DNA of 64,000 nt from Sumerlaeia bacterium (GTDB taxonomy: Bacteria > Sumerlaeota > Sumerlaeia > SLMS01 > JAHLLQ01), in assembly GCA_040219255.1 (NCBI GenBank), contig JAVJSW010000046.1, positions 160,001 to 224,000 on the forward strand. The letters run 5' to 3'. The notes below the pieces were generated by a model, which searched no databases, was not told where the DNA came from, and saw only the letters and a list, made by a program, of their open reading frames with translations. Positions within the stretch are counted from its first letter, which is position 1; every line of letters begins with the position of its first letter. Positions 29,488 to 48,486 of the stretch are shown here, piece by piece. A program made the position numbers and the translations under genes.

Positions 29488-31377
29488 CTATTCCACTTCC
29501 AGCCAAACCGCGGAAGCCGCCGCCGGAACGATGCCAGGGAAGGTGCCTCCGGAGTTGAACGGCAGGGAGCCGGATCGCACGCCCAGAATGCGGAGCCCCT
29601 CCCGCTCGGTGTTGCAGGTCAGGTAGCCCCCGTCCGTCGTGTTACCGATGCAGTCGATGGCAATGGCGAGGAGACCGTCGCTGGCGCCGAACACATCCAC
29701 ACCGGCCAGATTGTCGAACTGTCCGGCGGCGACCCGGGTGCCGAAGCGGAAATTGTTTGGCGTGCCGCTGAGGAGGGTGCTGGAAAGGGCCGGGCGGCGG
29801 GCGAGATCGAAGCCTGGATCGGCGAACCACTCGGGGTCGGCGGAGCCGAAAGCGGCGGTCAGGTTCGCGTCCGAGAAGACATAGACGGCGCCGTTGTTGA
29901 CCAGGGTGACGGTCGAGAAGGGGTCTTCCCAGGCGCGCCCTGGACTGCCCACGATCAAATCGTCGCCGGGGCTGGGGTCGTACTCTCCGATGGCGAGGGA
30001 CATGCCGAGAAAAGCCAGGTCCTCGGCGCCGGCGATGGCGAGGTCGCGGGCGGCATCGATCACCACATCGGTCGGCGCGATGGCCGCGATGTCGGGAGCG
30101 ATGTAAACGAACCCGCCATTGTCGTTGCCTCGGGCGGTGGCGAAGGGCGCGGAAGCCACCAGGTCGAGCAGACCGTCGTCCTGGAAATCGCCCCAGGCCA
30201 GAGCGGTTCCGAGGGCGCCGTCGTCTTCCGTGCCGCGGAAAATGTGGGTGACGGCGGGGGAGGCGAGCGCCGTGACGTTCGTGCCTTCCGTGAAGGGGCG
30301 CTGGAACAGGCGGATCAGGCGCACCTGACCGGCGCCGTTCGCCAGGGCGTTCGGCGCCCCCACCGCCAAGGTGATCGTGTTGGTCGTGGGGGGGCTGATT
30401 TCGTCGATGTCGGCGGCGGCCAGGGCGGTGCCAAAGCGCTCGTGGGGCAGGCTGCCTTCGGGCAGGGTGTAGAGCGTGTGGGCTTGGGGAATGGTCTGGA
30501 TGGCGGGCGAGGTGACGCCGTCGTTGGGCGAGAGGTCGTCGATGGAAACCGCTTCGTCCTCGTCGAACCCCCAGACGGTCAGGGTCTCCGTCGTGCCCCA
30601 GACGATGTCCACGGTGCCGGTGACATCGTCGGGCAGGATATCGGCGTCGACACGGTACTCGGAGGCGCGGGGGGTGCCGATGATCAGGTCGTCGAGACCG
30701 TCGTTGTCGAGGTCCTTCATCAAGAGGGAGGAGCCAAAGCGCGCGCCGGCTTCCCGGCCTTCGATGCGCACAGCGGAGCCGGTGGTGGGCGTGTCGTTTT
30801 CGAGATCGAGGAAGTGAGGCGTGGCGGAGCCGGCGAAAAGGGTCGCCGTGTCGAGCAGCAGAACCACGGCGCCGTTCATGCCGCCGACGGGCGCGGTGGC
30901 GGAGACGGCGAGGTCTTGGCGACCATCGCCGTCGAAATCGCCGGTGGCCAGAGCGGCGCCGAAAAATTCGCCGGGAGCGTTGGGGGAAATCTGCATCCCG
31001 TTCATCCCGCTCACGAGGGAACTGCGGAGAGCGTTCGGTTCGAGGCTGGGCTGGGCCGTCAGGTCCTGGTAAATTTCCGTTCCGGAGCCGATGTTGTCTC
31101 CGAAGAGCACGTACACCATACCAGAGTCCGTCACGGTGGTCGGGTTGTCGTTGACGTCGACGAAGGCGGAGGAGCGGGGCGCGCCCATGATGAGGTCCTG
31201 GATGCCGTCGTCGTCGAGGTCCGCCAAGGCGATGGTGGTCAGTTGCCCGGCGTTGCGGCGGTTCTCCGTAACCTGCACGAGGGCGTCGTCAGGGGCGTCG
31301 ATCGGGAAGAAGGATTGGGCCGTGGTGGTTTGAACGATGAGAAGGCTCGCCATGGCGATAAAGAAAATACGCAACAT
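29488..31377 (-). CDS. Secreted FG-GAP repeat (integrin-alpha-like beta-propeller) protein
   Basis: About 7 repeats of FG..LA..D.D.DG..DL..GAP; signal peptide. Confidence 0.88.
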   Translation of the reverse strand: MLRIFFIAMASLLIVQTTTAQSFFPIDAPDDALVQVTENRRNAGQLTTIALADLDDDGIQDLIMGAPRSSAFVDVNDNPTTVTDSGMVYVLFGDNIGSGTEIYQDLTAQPSLEPNALRSSLVSGMNGMQISPNAPGEFFGAALATGDFDGDGRQDLAVSATAPVGGMNGAVVLLLDTATLFAGSATPHFLDLENDTPTTGSAVRIEGREAGARFGSSLLMKDLDNDGLDDLIIGTPRASEYRVDADILPDDVTGTVDIVWGTTETLTVWGFDEDEAVSIDDLSPNDGVTSPAIQTIPQAHTLYTLPEGSLPHERFGTALAAADIDEISPPTTNTITLAVGAPNALANGAGQVRLIRLFQRPFTEGTNVTALASPAVTHIFRGTEDDGALGTALAWGDFQDDGLLDLVASAPFATARGNDNGGFVYIAPDIAAIAPTDVVIDAARDLAIAGAEDLAFLGMSLAIGEYDPSPGDDLIVGSPGRAWEDPFSTVTLVNNGAVYVFSDANLTAAFGSADPEWFADPGFDLARRPALSSTLLSGTPNNFRFGTRVAAGQFDNLAGVDVFGASDGLLAIAIDCIGNTTDGGYLTCNTEREGLRILGVRSGSLPFNSGGTFPGIVPAAASAVWLEVE

Positions 31378-31516
31378 CAGTGGTGCCTCGCGGTTGGGCG
31401 GACTCTAGCAGAATGGTGGCATGAAGGGTGGGGCCGGGGAAGCGATGCGTCAACGGCGGAGGCACCGAGTCCGAAAACGGTTGCGCGAAAGTTGGCTCGA
31501 CGGAAAAAATTCACCC

Positions 31517-32785
31517 ATGAAGATCACGCTTTGCCTCCCCCTCACTCTGCTCGCGGTCTGCCTTTGGACGATTCCAACGGCGGTCCCTCTTTCCGCCAGA
31601 CCCACGGCCGATCAGGTCGAGCGGGTCACCACCATCGCGCCCTTTCCCCGGGGGCTGGCCATCGTCGACGACGCCCTGTATGTGCTTTCCCGCGGCCGCG
31701 TTCGTGGCGCGGGGGGAGTTTCCGCCGCTGTGGAGGACCAGGCGGGCACCCTTTGGCGCGTCGACCCGAACTTGACCGAACCGGCCAACGGACCCCTCGG
31801 CGAAGCGGTCAAGAAGAACGGCGTAATCGTCGCCCTTCCCACAGCCCCGCCCTTTCACCTGTGGGAGCGCACCGCCTCGCCTCCCGAAGCCGACACCCGC
31901 ACGGACCGGCCCTATTGCACCCTGCGCTGGCATGAACCAACCCAGAGCTTCTACCTGTGCGCCTTTAGCGGCATCGACAAATACCGCACGGCGGAAGACC
32001 CCATCGCTTTCAGCAAGAATCGCACGGACGGGCTTCTGCGCTACGACACACGAACCGGCAAATGGCACGAGGTGGAGCGTCACCGCGAGGCCGCCGGCGA
32101 ACGCTATCCGCACCACGATGTCTTCGAGAACGCGCCGCCGCATGGCTTGCTGAACGGACCGGACAACTGCCTTCCGGTGGGTCGGTGGCTCTACGCCGTG
32201 GCCAAGGACAACAGCGCACTGGCGGTGTACGACCTGGCGCCTCTGATGGACGACCCGGAGGCCGGCTATCCGGAAGGATGGATCCTTCAGGGCGAGCGCG
32301 TTTACGTGAAGGGCCAGGGATGGCAAGTCCTCAAGGGTCACAGCGCCCTCGCCGAGCGCGATGGATACCTGTACATCGCGACACGCACGTCGTCGGTGGT
32401 CTATCGCGTTCCGCTCCGCGAGGACGGCCTGCCGGTACAGCCCATGGAAGCGGAAATCGTGGCGTATTTCGATCCCTTCGATCCGGAAACGTTCAAGTCC
32501 GCCGACATCACCGACATGGATTTCGACCCGCAGGGACGCCTCTACGTCGTGTCCGCCAAGCCTTCGCGGCTTTACCGGTTCGTTCCCGATCCCGCCAGTC
32601 CCTTCGATGCACGTGGAGGGGCCGAAGAACCGTGGGCCGACATGGCCACGCTTACCGGCAACCAGAAGATGAAGAGCGAGAACGTGATGGTGCATGACGG
32701 CTGGGCCTACGTCACGAGCGGGGACGGCTACACGTACCAGAAAGGGGCGGCGGGAACGGTGTACCGCGTCCCGATCGAAAACTAA
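31517..32785 (+). CDS. Secreted hypothetical protein, probable beta-propeller
   Basis: Signal peptide; repeated G.LY(V/I) blade-like segments (FPRGLAIVDDALYV, DMDFDPQGRLYV). Confidence 0.7.
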   Translation: MKITLCLPLTLLAVCLWTIPTAVPLSARPTADQVERVTTIAPFPRGLAIVDDALYVLSRGRVRGAGGVSAAVEDQAGTLWRVDPNLTEPANGPLGEAVKKNGVIVALPTAPPFHLWERTASPPEADTRTDRPYCTLRWHEPTQSFYLCAFSGIDKYRTAEDPIAFSKNRTDGLLRYDTRTGKWHEVERHREAAGERYPHHDVFENAPPHGLLNGPDNCLPVGRWLYAVAKDNSALAVYDLAPLMDDPEAGYPEGWILQGERVYVKGQGWQVLKGHSALAERDGYLYIATRTSSVVYRVPLREDGLPVQPMEAEIVAYFDPFDPETFKSADITDMDFDPQGRLYVVSAKPSRLYRFVPDPASPFDARGGAEEPWADMATLTGNQKMKSENVMVHDGWAYVTSGDGYTYQKGAAGTVYRVPIEN

Positions 32786-32929
32786 ACTTTTTCGGGCCGA
32801 TTTTCCCGAGCGCTCTAAAAAACCTTTGTTGGAACACATTCTCTGTTGCAGTGCGAGTGCGTTTGTCGGAGACCGCTACCTTGGAAGTGTAGTTTCTTCC
32901 TGACCTCTAAGCCTGAAAGGACGTCTTCG

Positions 32930-33931
32930 ATGGTTCGAAGAGATGTTCTGATCGCTCTGGGTGGCAACGCCATCACCGTCCCCGGAGAAGAGGGCAACCT
33001 GCAGCAGCAGTTCGCCCACACGCACAGCACGATGGACGAGATCGCCTCTCTCGTCGAGGATGGCGTTCTCGACAGATTTATCCTCACCCACGGCAACGGT
33101 CCGCAGGTCGGCAACGTACTCCTGCGGAGCGAACTGGCCAGCGGCGTGGTCTATCCCCTGACGCTCGACGTCTGCGTGTCCGACACGCAGGGCGGCATGG
33201 GTTACATGATTCAGCAGGTCCTGCAGAATTGCCTGATGCGGCGGGGGCTGCCCTCTGAGGTCGCCACCGTGGTGACGCGGGTGTTGGTGGATCGCGAGGA
33301 CGAGGCGTTCAAGAACCCGACGAAGTATGTGGGGCCCTGGATGACCGAAGAGGATGCGAAAGCGAAAGCCAAGGAGCGGGGCTGGCAGGTGCGCGAGGAC
33401 CGCGGCCGCGGCTGGCGACGCGTGGTGCCTTCGCCGCTGCCGCGGCAGATCCTCGAAATCGAGGCGATCAAGCGCCTTTACGAAGCGGGGATGAATGTGA
33501 TCGCCGCGGGCGGCGGCGGTATTCCGGTGGCTCCGCTGGCGGGCGGCGGATTCTCCGGCGTGGAAGGCGTGATCGACAAGGATCTGGCCTCGGCGCTGCT
33601 GGCGAACGAGCTGGGCTTCCACACGCTGCTCATAATCACCGGTTGCGATGGGATCTACACCGATTTCCACGAGCCGAATCAGAAGCACTATCCGGTGCTG
33701 ACGGCTTCTCAACTCGAGACGATGGCGGCGCAGGGGCACTTTCCAGCGGGAAGCATGGGTCCGAAGGTGCGGGCCGCGCTGAATTTCCTGCGGGGCGGCG
33801 GCAAGCGCGTGCTGATCACGGAACTGGGCAAGATCCGGGCGTCGTTGCAGGGCGTGGGCGGCTCGGCCGTCTACCCTGACGCGGTGGCGAACGGGGATGA
33901 AGATCTGGAATCTCGACAGGAAGCGATTTAA
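32930..33931 (+). CDS. arcC: Carbamate kinase
   Basis: ALGGNA, THGNGPQVG, WRRVVPSP.P, GGGGIPV, VIDKD and GSMGPKV motifs. Confidence 0.95.
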   Translation: MVRRDVLIALGGNAITVPGEEGNLQQQFAHTHSTMDEIASLVEDGVLDRFILTHGNGPQVGNVLLRSELASGVVYPLTLDVCVSDTQGGMGYMIQQVLQNCLMRRGLPSEVATVVTRVLVDREDEAFKNPTKYVGPWMTEEDAKAKAKERGWQVREDRGRGWRRVVPSPLPRQILEIEAIKRLYEAGMNVIAAGGGGIPVAPLAGGGFSGVEGVIDKDLASALLANELGFHTLLIITGCDGIYTDFHEPNQKHYPVLTASQLETMAAQGHFPAGSMGPKVRAALNFLRGGGKRVLITELGKIRASLQGVGGSAVYPDAVANGDEDLESRQEAI

Positions 33932-34016
33932 GGCTTGCCAAGTCCCCGGCCTTGCACCTAGAAAGCTGCGCTCAACGCGGTGGCGGACCCGATCTCGACG
34001 CCGTGGCGAACCATGC

Positions 34017-34092
<76 letters not shown>

Positions 34093-34160
34093 CTGAAATT
34101 CAAACTCTGTGACGCTCGGGGCTGGAATGGCTCCGAGCGTCCTTTTGACATGGAACCATC

Positions 34161-34379
34161 ATGAAGTCTCAGGCCGCATCCGCCGGATTTTTCGAGAAAA
34201 CATCGCTGTTCATCAGCCAGGTCCGCACCGAAATGACCAAGGTGACCTGGCCCACGAAGGAACAGACCCGCGAGTACACGATCCTGGTGATCGTCTCGTC
34301 GATCGCGGTGACGATCGCGATGGCCGCATGGGATCAGCTCCTGACGAAAATGCTCCAGGGCTTGTTGCTCCTGGGGTAA
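34161..34379 (+). CDS. secE: Preprotein translocase subunit SecE
   Basis: EMTKVTWPT motif plus TM; synteny. Confidence 0.93.
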   Translation: MKSQAASAGFFEKTSLFISQVRTEMTKVTWPTKEQTREYTILVIVSSIAVTIAMAAWDQLLTKMLQGLLLLG

Positions 34380-34434
34380 GCCGAGGGGTCTCAAACAATC
34401 GAGCCGAAGCGGGAAAAGGAGCCGGACGGTCCTG

Positions 34435-34962
34435 ATGAAATGGTACGCAATTCACACCTATTCCGGGTTTGAAAAAAAAGTCAAGAAAGACATCGAGCAC
34501 GTCGCCTCCATCGAAGGTCTGCGCAATGAGTTGGGTCGTGTGACGGTCCTGGAGGAAAAAGTCCAGGAAATCAAGGACGGCAAGCGCAAGGAGCACACCC
34601 GCAACATTATGCCGGGCTATGTGTTCGTCGAGATGAACGACGACGAGCGGCTGTTCAAGGTGGTCGAGGAAATCAAAGGCGTTTCCCGTTTCGTGGGCGC
34701 CAGCGGAGCGCGCACTCCGCTGACGAAAGAGGAAGTGGACAACATCCTGAGCCACATCGAAGAGAAGAAGGAAGCGCCGCGCAAAGAGGTCAAGTACAGC
34801 ATCGGCGACAAGGTCAAGGTCACGGAGGGCAACTTCGCCAACTTCGTGGGAACCATCGAGGAAATCGATCATGAAAAGGCCAAGCTCAAGCTGGCCGTGT
34901 CGATCTTCGGCCGCAGCACCCCCCTGGAAGTCCACGCTTACCAGGTGGAAGCGGCGACCTGA
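34435..34962 (+). CDS. nusG: Transcription termination/antitermination factor NusG
   Basis: WYAIHTYSGFE, PGYVFVEM, KOW domain, IFGR.TP. Confidence 0.97.
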   Translation: MKWYAIHTYSGFEKKVKKDIEHVASIEGLRNELGRVTVLEEKVQEIKDGKRKEHTRNIMPGYVFVEMNDDERLFKVVEEIKGVSRFVGASGARTPLTKEEVDNILSHIEEKKEAPRKEVKYSIGDKVKVTEGNFANFVGTIEEIDHEKAKLKLAVSIFGRSTPLEVHAYQVEAAT

Positions 34963-35036
34963 CGCCCCCCCCAATCCGGTTTCAAAGGCCGCCCTGCGGT
35001 GGCCAAAACATCACGTTCACTTAGAGACGATCGCTC

Positions 35037-35465
35037 ATGGCAAAGAAAAAAGTGACAGCTTACATCAAGCTGCAATGCGTCGGCGGTCAAGCCAACCCGG
35101 CCCCTCCCGTGGGCCCGGCGCTTGGTCAGCACGGCCTCAACATCATGGACTTCTGCAAGCAGTACAACGCGCGCACGAAGGATCAGACGGGGATGGTCAT
35201 CCCGACCATCATCACGGTCTATAGCGACCGCTCGTTCACCTTCGAGCTGAAGACGCCGCCTGCGGCGGTGCTGCTCAAGAAGGCCGCTAACGTCAAATCG
35301 GGCTCGGGCGAGCCGCACAAGACCAAGGTCGGCAAAGTGACCAAGGCTCAGGTGCAGGAAATCGCCGAGATGAAGATGAAGGACCTGAACGCCAGCGACA
35401 TCGGCGCCGCAATGCGGATGATCGAAGGAACGGCCCGCAGCATGGGCCTGGACGTCGTCGCTTAA
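35037..35465 (+). CDS. rplK: 50S ribosomal protein L11
   Basis: [15 protein letters not shown] and GTARSMG motifs. Confidence 0.98.
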   Translation: MAKKKVTAYIKLQCVGGQANPAPPVGPALGQHGLNIMDFCKQYNARTKDQTGMVIPTIITVYSDRSFTFELKTPPAAVLLKKAANVKSGSGEPHKTKVGKVTKAQVQEIAEMKMKDLNASDIGAAMRMIEGTARSMGLDVVA

Positions 35466-35485
35466 GCAACCACTCGACTCATATC

Positions 35486-35523
35486 GCGGGAGGCAGCCGG
35501 TCAGACGGCGCCGTTTGGACCGC
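35486..35523 (+). promoter_or_regulatory. Putative L1-binding autoregulatory RNA element
   Basis: gcgggaggc...gcc...gaccgc hairpin immediately before the rplA RBS. Confidence 0.55.
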
Positions 35524-35536
35524 TGGAGGTTTTCCC

Positions 35537-36241
35537 ATGCCGAAACGTGGCAAGAAGTACAAAGAGCGCGCGGCGCTCGTGGACAAGTCGAAGCTTTACA
35601 GCGCGGTGGACGCGGTTCCCCTGCTTCGCAAAGTGGCCTACGCCAAGTTTGACGAGACGATCAACCTGGACGTGCGTCTGGGTGTCGATCCTCGCAATGC
35701 GGATCAGCAAGTTCGCGGCACGACGAGCCTTCCTCACGGAACGGGCAAGACGGTGCGCGTGGCTGTGTTCGCCCAGGGCGAAAAGGCCAAGGAAGCGGAA
35801 GAAGCCGGCGCCGATGTGGTCGGGAGCGACGACCTGATGAAGCGCATCCAGGAAGGGTTCCTGGAGTTCGACGCCTGTATCGCGACGCCTGACATGATGC
35901 GTATCGTGGGCCGCCTGGGTAAGATCCTGGGCCCCCGCGGCATGATGCCGAACCCGAAGGTGGGCACCGTGACGATGAACGTGGCGGATGCGGTGAACGC
36001 CCTCAAATCCGGTCAGGTGGAATACCGCCTCGACCGCTTCGGTATCGTCCACGCGGCGGTTGGGAAGATGTCCTTCTCCGACGAGATGATCGCGGAGAAC
36101 GTGAGCCATTTCCTCGAGGCGCTGGCGAAGGCGAAGCCTTCCGCCGCCAAGGGGACCTACATGAAGTCTGTGTCGCTGAGCACCACGATGAGCCCGGGCA
36201 TTCGCCTGGCCGCCGTGGAATCGGCGAAGTCGGCGGCCTGA
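35537..36241 (+). CDS. rplA: 50S ribosomal protein L1
   Basis: [23 protein letters not shown] and STTMSPG motifs. Confidence 0.98.
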   Translation: MPKRGKKYKERAALVDKSKLYSAVDAVPLLRKVAYAKFDETINLDVRLGVDPRNADQQVRGTTSLPHGTGKTVRVAVFAQGEKAKEAEEAGADVVGSDDLMKRIQEGFLEFDACIATPDMMRIVGRLGKILGPRGMMPNPKVGTVTMNVADAVNALKSGQVEYRLDRFGIVHAAVGKMSFSDEMIAENVSHFLEALAKAKPSAAKGTYMKSVSLSTTMSPGIRLAAVESAKSAA

Positions 36242-36318
36242 TTCGGGTCACGGCAACAGGTTCGAGGCTGGTGGCTGGCCTCGTGAAATAAGCAGCCGCA
36301 CAACCAACGCCATCCGTT

Positions 36319-36409
36319 GGGCCTAAGACAGCAGGAGGCTTCCCTGGATCGATTCGGGAGGCCCGAAGCCAGGGCGCGATGCAATTCGCGCCCGATCCCG
36401 CCGAGGCCC
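36319..36409 (+). promoter_or_regulatory. L10 leader (rplJ autoregulatory RNA)
   Basis: gggcctAAGACAGCAGG ... tCCCGCCGAGGccc matches the L10-leader kink-turn pattern. Confidence 0.7.
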
Positions 36410-36530
36410 GGCGGCGTCCGTTTTCAAGCACCGCGTGGATTTTCCTTCCGCGTGGGCGGGCGTTCGCCGGGGTTTGCCTCGCACCAGAGGACAAAGGCCC
36501 CGGACGAACGAAAGGAGGTGAAAACGGACA

Positions 36531-37118
36531 ATGGCAAAAGAAGGCAAAATCCCTACAAAACGACGCGGGCGTCAGCCCAAGATCGAAGCAGTCGAGCAGC
36601 TCACCGAGCTTTTCAAGAACGGTGACGGTATCGTCTTCGTGAACAACAAGGGCTTGAGCGTGGCGAAGAACAACGAGCTGCGCGCCAAGCTTCGCGAAGC
36701 GGGCGTCTCGATGCGCGTGGCGAAAAACACGCTCATCAAGATCGCCATGAAGCAGGCTGGCATCGAAGCCGGAGATCTGGAGAAGGAACTCGTCGGGCCC
36801 ACGATGGTGGCGTTCTCGACGGAGGAAGCTCCCTCCGCCGCGGCGAAGACCCTGCTTGCGTGGTTGAAAGACAACGAAGGCAAGATCGAACCGAAGGGTG
36901 CTCTGCTGGCGGGTGAACCGCTGGTGGGCGCGGCCAATGTGGACATGCTCTCCAAGCTCCCCGGACGCGAAGAGATCATGGTCAGCATTTACCAGCAACT
37001 GCTGGCTCCCGCGATGCACGTGCAGATGCAGCTTTATTCGGCTCCGATGGCTATGGTCGGAACCTTCATGGCTCTCGAGAAGAAGCTGGAAGGCGAAGGC
37101 AGCAGCGAGGCGGCGTAA
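36531..37118 (+). CDS. rplJ: 50S ribosomal protein L10
   Basis: GLSV....LR..LR, V.KNTL and LSKLP.REE motifs; synteny. Confidence 0.96.
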   Translation: MAKEGKIPTKRRGRQPKIEAVEQLTELFKNGDGIVFVNNKGLSVAKNNELRAKLREAGVSMRVAKNTLIKIAMKQAGIEAGDLEKELVGPTMVAFSTEEAPSAAAKTLLAWLKDNEGKIEPKGALLAGEPLVGAANVDMLSKLPGREEIMVSIYQQLLAPAMHVQMQLYSAPMAMVGTFMALEKKLEGEGSSEAA

Positions 37119-37250
37119 GAAGGCCAGGGTTTCCCCTGGGCGCGCATCCTCAACCCCCCGAATCGCGACGGTCTGACCGCCCCATGTGCGGAGTCCGGTG
37201 CAGCCGCGCGACACACTCGACTGTGGTAGATACCAAGGAGAAAGAACGTC

Positions 37251-37631
37251 ATGGCGTTGTCTCAAGCTGAACTCATCGAAGCGATCAAGAACTTGACGCT
37301 TAAGGAAGCGGCCGATCTGGCCAATGCTCTCAAGGAAGAACTGAACCTGCCGGAAATGTCTTTCGGTGGTGGTGGTGGCGGCGCCGCCGCGGCGGCTCCC
37401 GTCGAAGCGGCGGAAGAGAAGACCGAATTCACGGTCGTTCTCAAGGACGCCGGCGGCGAGAAGATCAAGGTCATCAAGGAAGTCCGTGGCATCACGGGCC
37501 TGGGCCTGAAGGAAGCCAAGGACGCCGTGGAAGGCGCCCCGACGGAACTCCTGAAGGACGTGTCGAAAGACGACGCGGAGAAGGCCAAGAAGCAACTGGA
37601 AGCCGTCGGCGCCGTCGTCGAGCTGAAGTAA
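37251..37631 (+). CDS. rplL: 50S ribosomal protein L7/L12
   Basis: EEKTEF.V.L and [19 protein letters not shown] motifs. Confidence 0.98.
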   Translation: MALSQAELIEAIKNLTLKEAADLANALKEELNLPEMSFGGGGGGAAAAAPVEAAEEKTEFTVVLKDAGGEKIKVIKEVRGITGLGLKEAKDAVEGAPTELLKDVSKDDAEKAKKQLEAVGAVVELK

Positions 37632-37669
37632 TCGCGGCGGCCCCAATGTGGCCGCTGTCGAGGATGGAA

Positions 37670-37721
37670 GGAAAACCCGCCATGAGGGGAGCCGAAAGGC
37701 TTGCTTTCCGGCGGGTTTTCC
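37670..37721 (+). terminator. Long hairpin after rplL (attenuator/terminator)
   Basis: ggaaaacccgcc/ggcgggttttcc 12-bp stem enclosing gcc-gaaa-ggc. Confidence 0.5.
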
Positions 37722-38070
37722 CGTATCCATGGGTGAGCGGGAGCTATGACACTTCGCGTTCCTCTTTTTTTCCGGATTGCCGGTTGACAGGGCCTGGTCT
37801 GTGTGTTGCTAGTGTTTGCTCACTGTGAGACGGCTCGTAGTCCAACCCTCAACCCTGACATTTCGTGACCCGCTGCAAAAACATCGAAGATTTCATGACG
37901 TGAACGATATCTGTGCCTGCCGCATGGCCGGGGAGTCCTGGCTGATGTGAGCGGGCGAACTGTGTTGATCGGCGCTCGATCCCTGGGATGTGCCAGAGTT
38001 CGGGCCAAATAGCGTTCAGGCGGACTACAAGCCTGTTTTGCCACTCTGCCCCTGCCAGGAGCTTCTACTG

Positions 38071-42360
<4,290 letters not shown>

Positions 42361-42463
42361 CCCTCGGTTCCGCCGGTCCGCTCCGAGCCATCGGCTGGCG
42401 GGGAAGAGAGTTTCCCCGCCGGCCAACCCGAATCGCCTCACCTGATCAAGGGGTCCCAAGCCA

Positions 42464-46876
<4,413 letters not shown>

Positions 46877-46995
46877 GGCGTCCAAGAACCCCTGAGAACC
46901 AATAACTCCTGACCGAATTCGACCGCCGAGAGTCCTCGCCCCGCGCGAGGTGCTCCAGGCGGTCTTCGTTTGTCCCGCGAGAAGGGATATCGCTT

Positions 46996-47277
46996 ATGCA
47001 CGTTTTACTGGTCGAATACGACCTCTTCATTCCCGCCGCGCAGTCGCTCAAAGACAAGCGCTCGGTCATCAAGAGTATCGAACACCGCATCCGGTCGTCG
47101 TACAATGTGTCGCTGGCCGAGGTGGATTATCTCGACAAATGGCAGCGCGCCACGCTGGCCACGGCGGCGGTGGGACTGCTGAGGGATCGTCTCGAAGAAA
47201 TTGAGCGCGCCGTGAGCCGTGAGTTCGAGGAGCGATTCGACCTGGAAATCACCGACCGGCGGCTGGAGTGGTTGTAG
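46996..47277 (+). CDS. DUF503 (YlxP-like) protein
   Basis: SLKDKRSV.K ... NVS.AEV...D.WQ signature. Confidence 0.88.
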   Translation: MHVLLVEYDLFIPAAQSLKDKRSVIKSIEHRIRSSYNVSLAEVDYLDKWQRATLATAAVGLLRDRLEEIERAVSREFEERFDLEITDRRLEWL

Positions 47278-47320
47278 GTGGGGCGGTAAGTCGCGGGATG
47301 CGGCGGATCGAAGGCCGGGG

Positions 47321-48337
47321 CTACGCCGGCAGGGTGCGGACGCGTTCGTAGAAGGCGAGGAGGGTGTCGAGCTTTTCGACCTTCGGCAGGTCGCCGGGGG
47401 CTCCGTTGCCGCCGACGATGAGGGGCGTGCGGGGATCGAGCTTCTCACGGACCAGCATCACTTGCTCCTGGCTTTTCTTGGCGTCCTGCGTAGAGGAGAT
47501 GCTGATGCAGACGGCGACCGGCTCGGCGCGTTCGGCGGCGCGTAGCAGTTCGCGGGGCGGCGTGAGGGGTCCGATATACACGACACGGCGCTCGGCCAGG
47601 ACGACCATCAGGGCGCACATGGTAAGGCCGAGGCGGTGCAGATCGCCGGGCAGGCTGGCCAAGAGGATGGGCCGGCCGGGAATGCGTTCGTTGAGGCGGC
47701 GCCACTGGTTGGTGAGGAAGTCGTTGAGGCGTTCGGAGGCGAAGTGCTCGTCCATGACGCACAGTTCGCCTTGCTCCCACATTTCACCGATCACGTGGAG
47801 AAAGGGAACAGCGCGTTCCTCGATGAAGCGCATGGGACCGAGTTTGGCCCAGACATCGTAGAACTCGCGGGAGAGGGCGGTGTCGTCGAGGCGGGAGGCG
47901 ATGGTGATCCAGCGCTCGAGGGCGGAGCGGATTTCTTCGTTTTCGATCAGTCCGGGTTTTTCCGCGTTGTCCAGGAATCCAGTCGTGTCGACGGCGAGGA
48001 GCAGGCGGCGCAATTCTTCGATCGAGGCGTCGGCAACCTGTCCGGCGCGATAGCCGAGCGAGAGGGCCTGGGCGACGGCGCGCAGGCGCTGGACTTCGTG
48101 GTTGGGGTAGCGGCGATGACCGGAGGGGAGGCGGTAGGACTTGGGGGCGCCATAGCGCCGTTCCCACATGCGCAGGCTGTCGATACTGATGCCGGTGGCT
48201 TTCGAGAGGGCGCCGATGCTGAGCCCGTCGCGGAGGATATCGCGGTCGGCCTGGAACGACGTTCCGTGGGGGGATTCCAAGGGCTCGTCAGTCACTTTCC
48301 TGAGTACGGTTTCGTCGTCTCGATCGGATGCGGCCAT
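47321..48337 (-). CDS. MerR-family B12-binding regulator (CarH/LitR-like)
   Basis: LRMWERRYG HTH, GHRRY, W-x9-EH (WEQGELCVMDEH) and DxHxxG (DLHRLG). Confidence 0.88.
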   Translation of the reverse strand: MAASDRDDETVLRKVTDEPLESPHGTSFQADRDILRDGLSIGALSKATGISIDSLRMWERRYGAPKSYRLPSGHRRYPNHEVQRLRAVAQALSLGYRAGQVADASIEELRRLLLAVDTTGFLDNAEKPGLIENEEIRSALERWITIASRLDDTALSREFYDVWAKLGPMRFIEERAVPFLHVIGEMWEQGELCVMDEHFASERLNDFLTNQWRRLNERIPGRPILLASLPGDLHRLGLTMCALMVVLAERRVVYIGPLTPPRELLRAAERAEPVAVCISISSTQDAKKSQEQVMLVREKLDPRTPLIVGGNGAPGDLPKVEKLDTLLAFYERVRTLPA

Positions 48338-48486
48338 GGGAAACGCTTTCAGGCGGCGGTCAGGGAAGTGTCCAGCGCCAAGTTATCCACAAGGACGTTG
48401 CGGCAAGAGCTAGGTCCATGGCAAGGAGGAATAGACACTTTGTTCAGGTTTTTTCTGAGAAGGAAAAGCAAATGAGACCAGGTTTA

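Noticed and set aside
42393-42424. Strong hairpin between rpoB and rpoC as a terminator
   Set aside because: No U-tract and it lies within a normally co-transcribed pair; more likely a stability element
48383-48391. Perfect DnaA box TTATCCACA as an origin signal
   Set aside because: Single isolated box with no cluster or unwinding element
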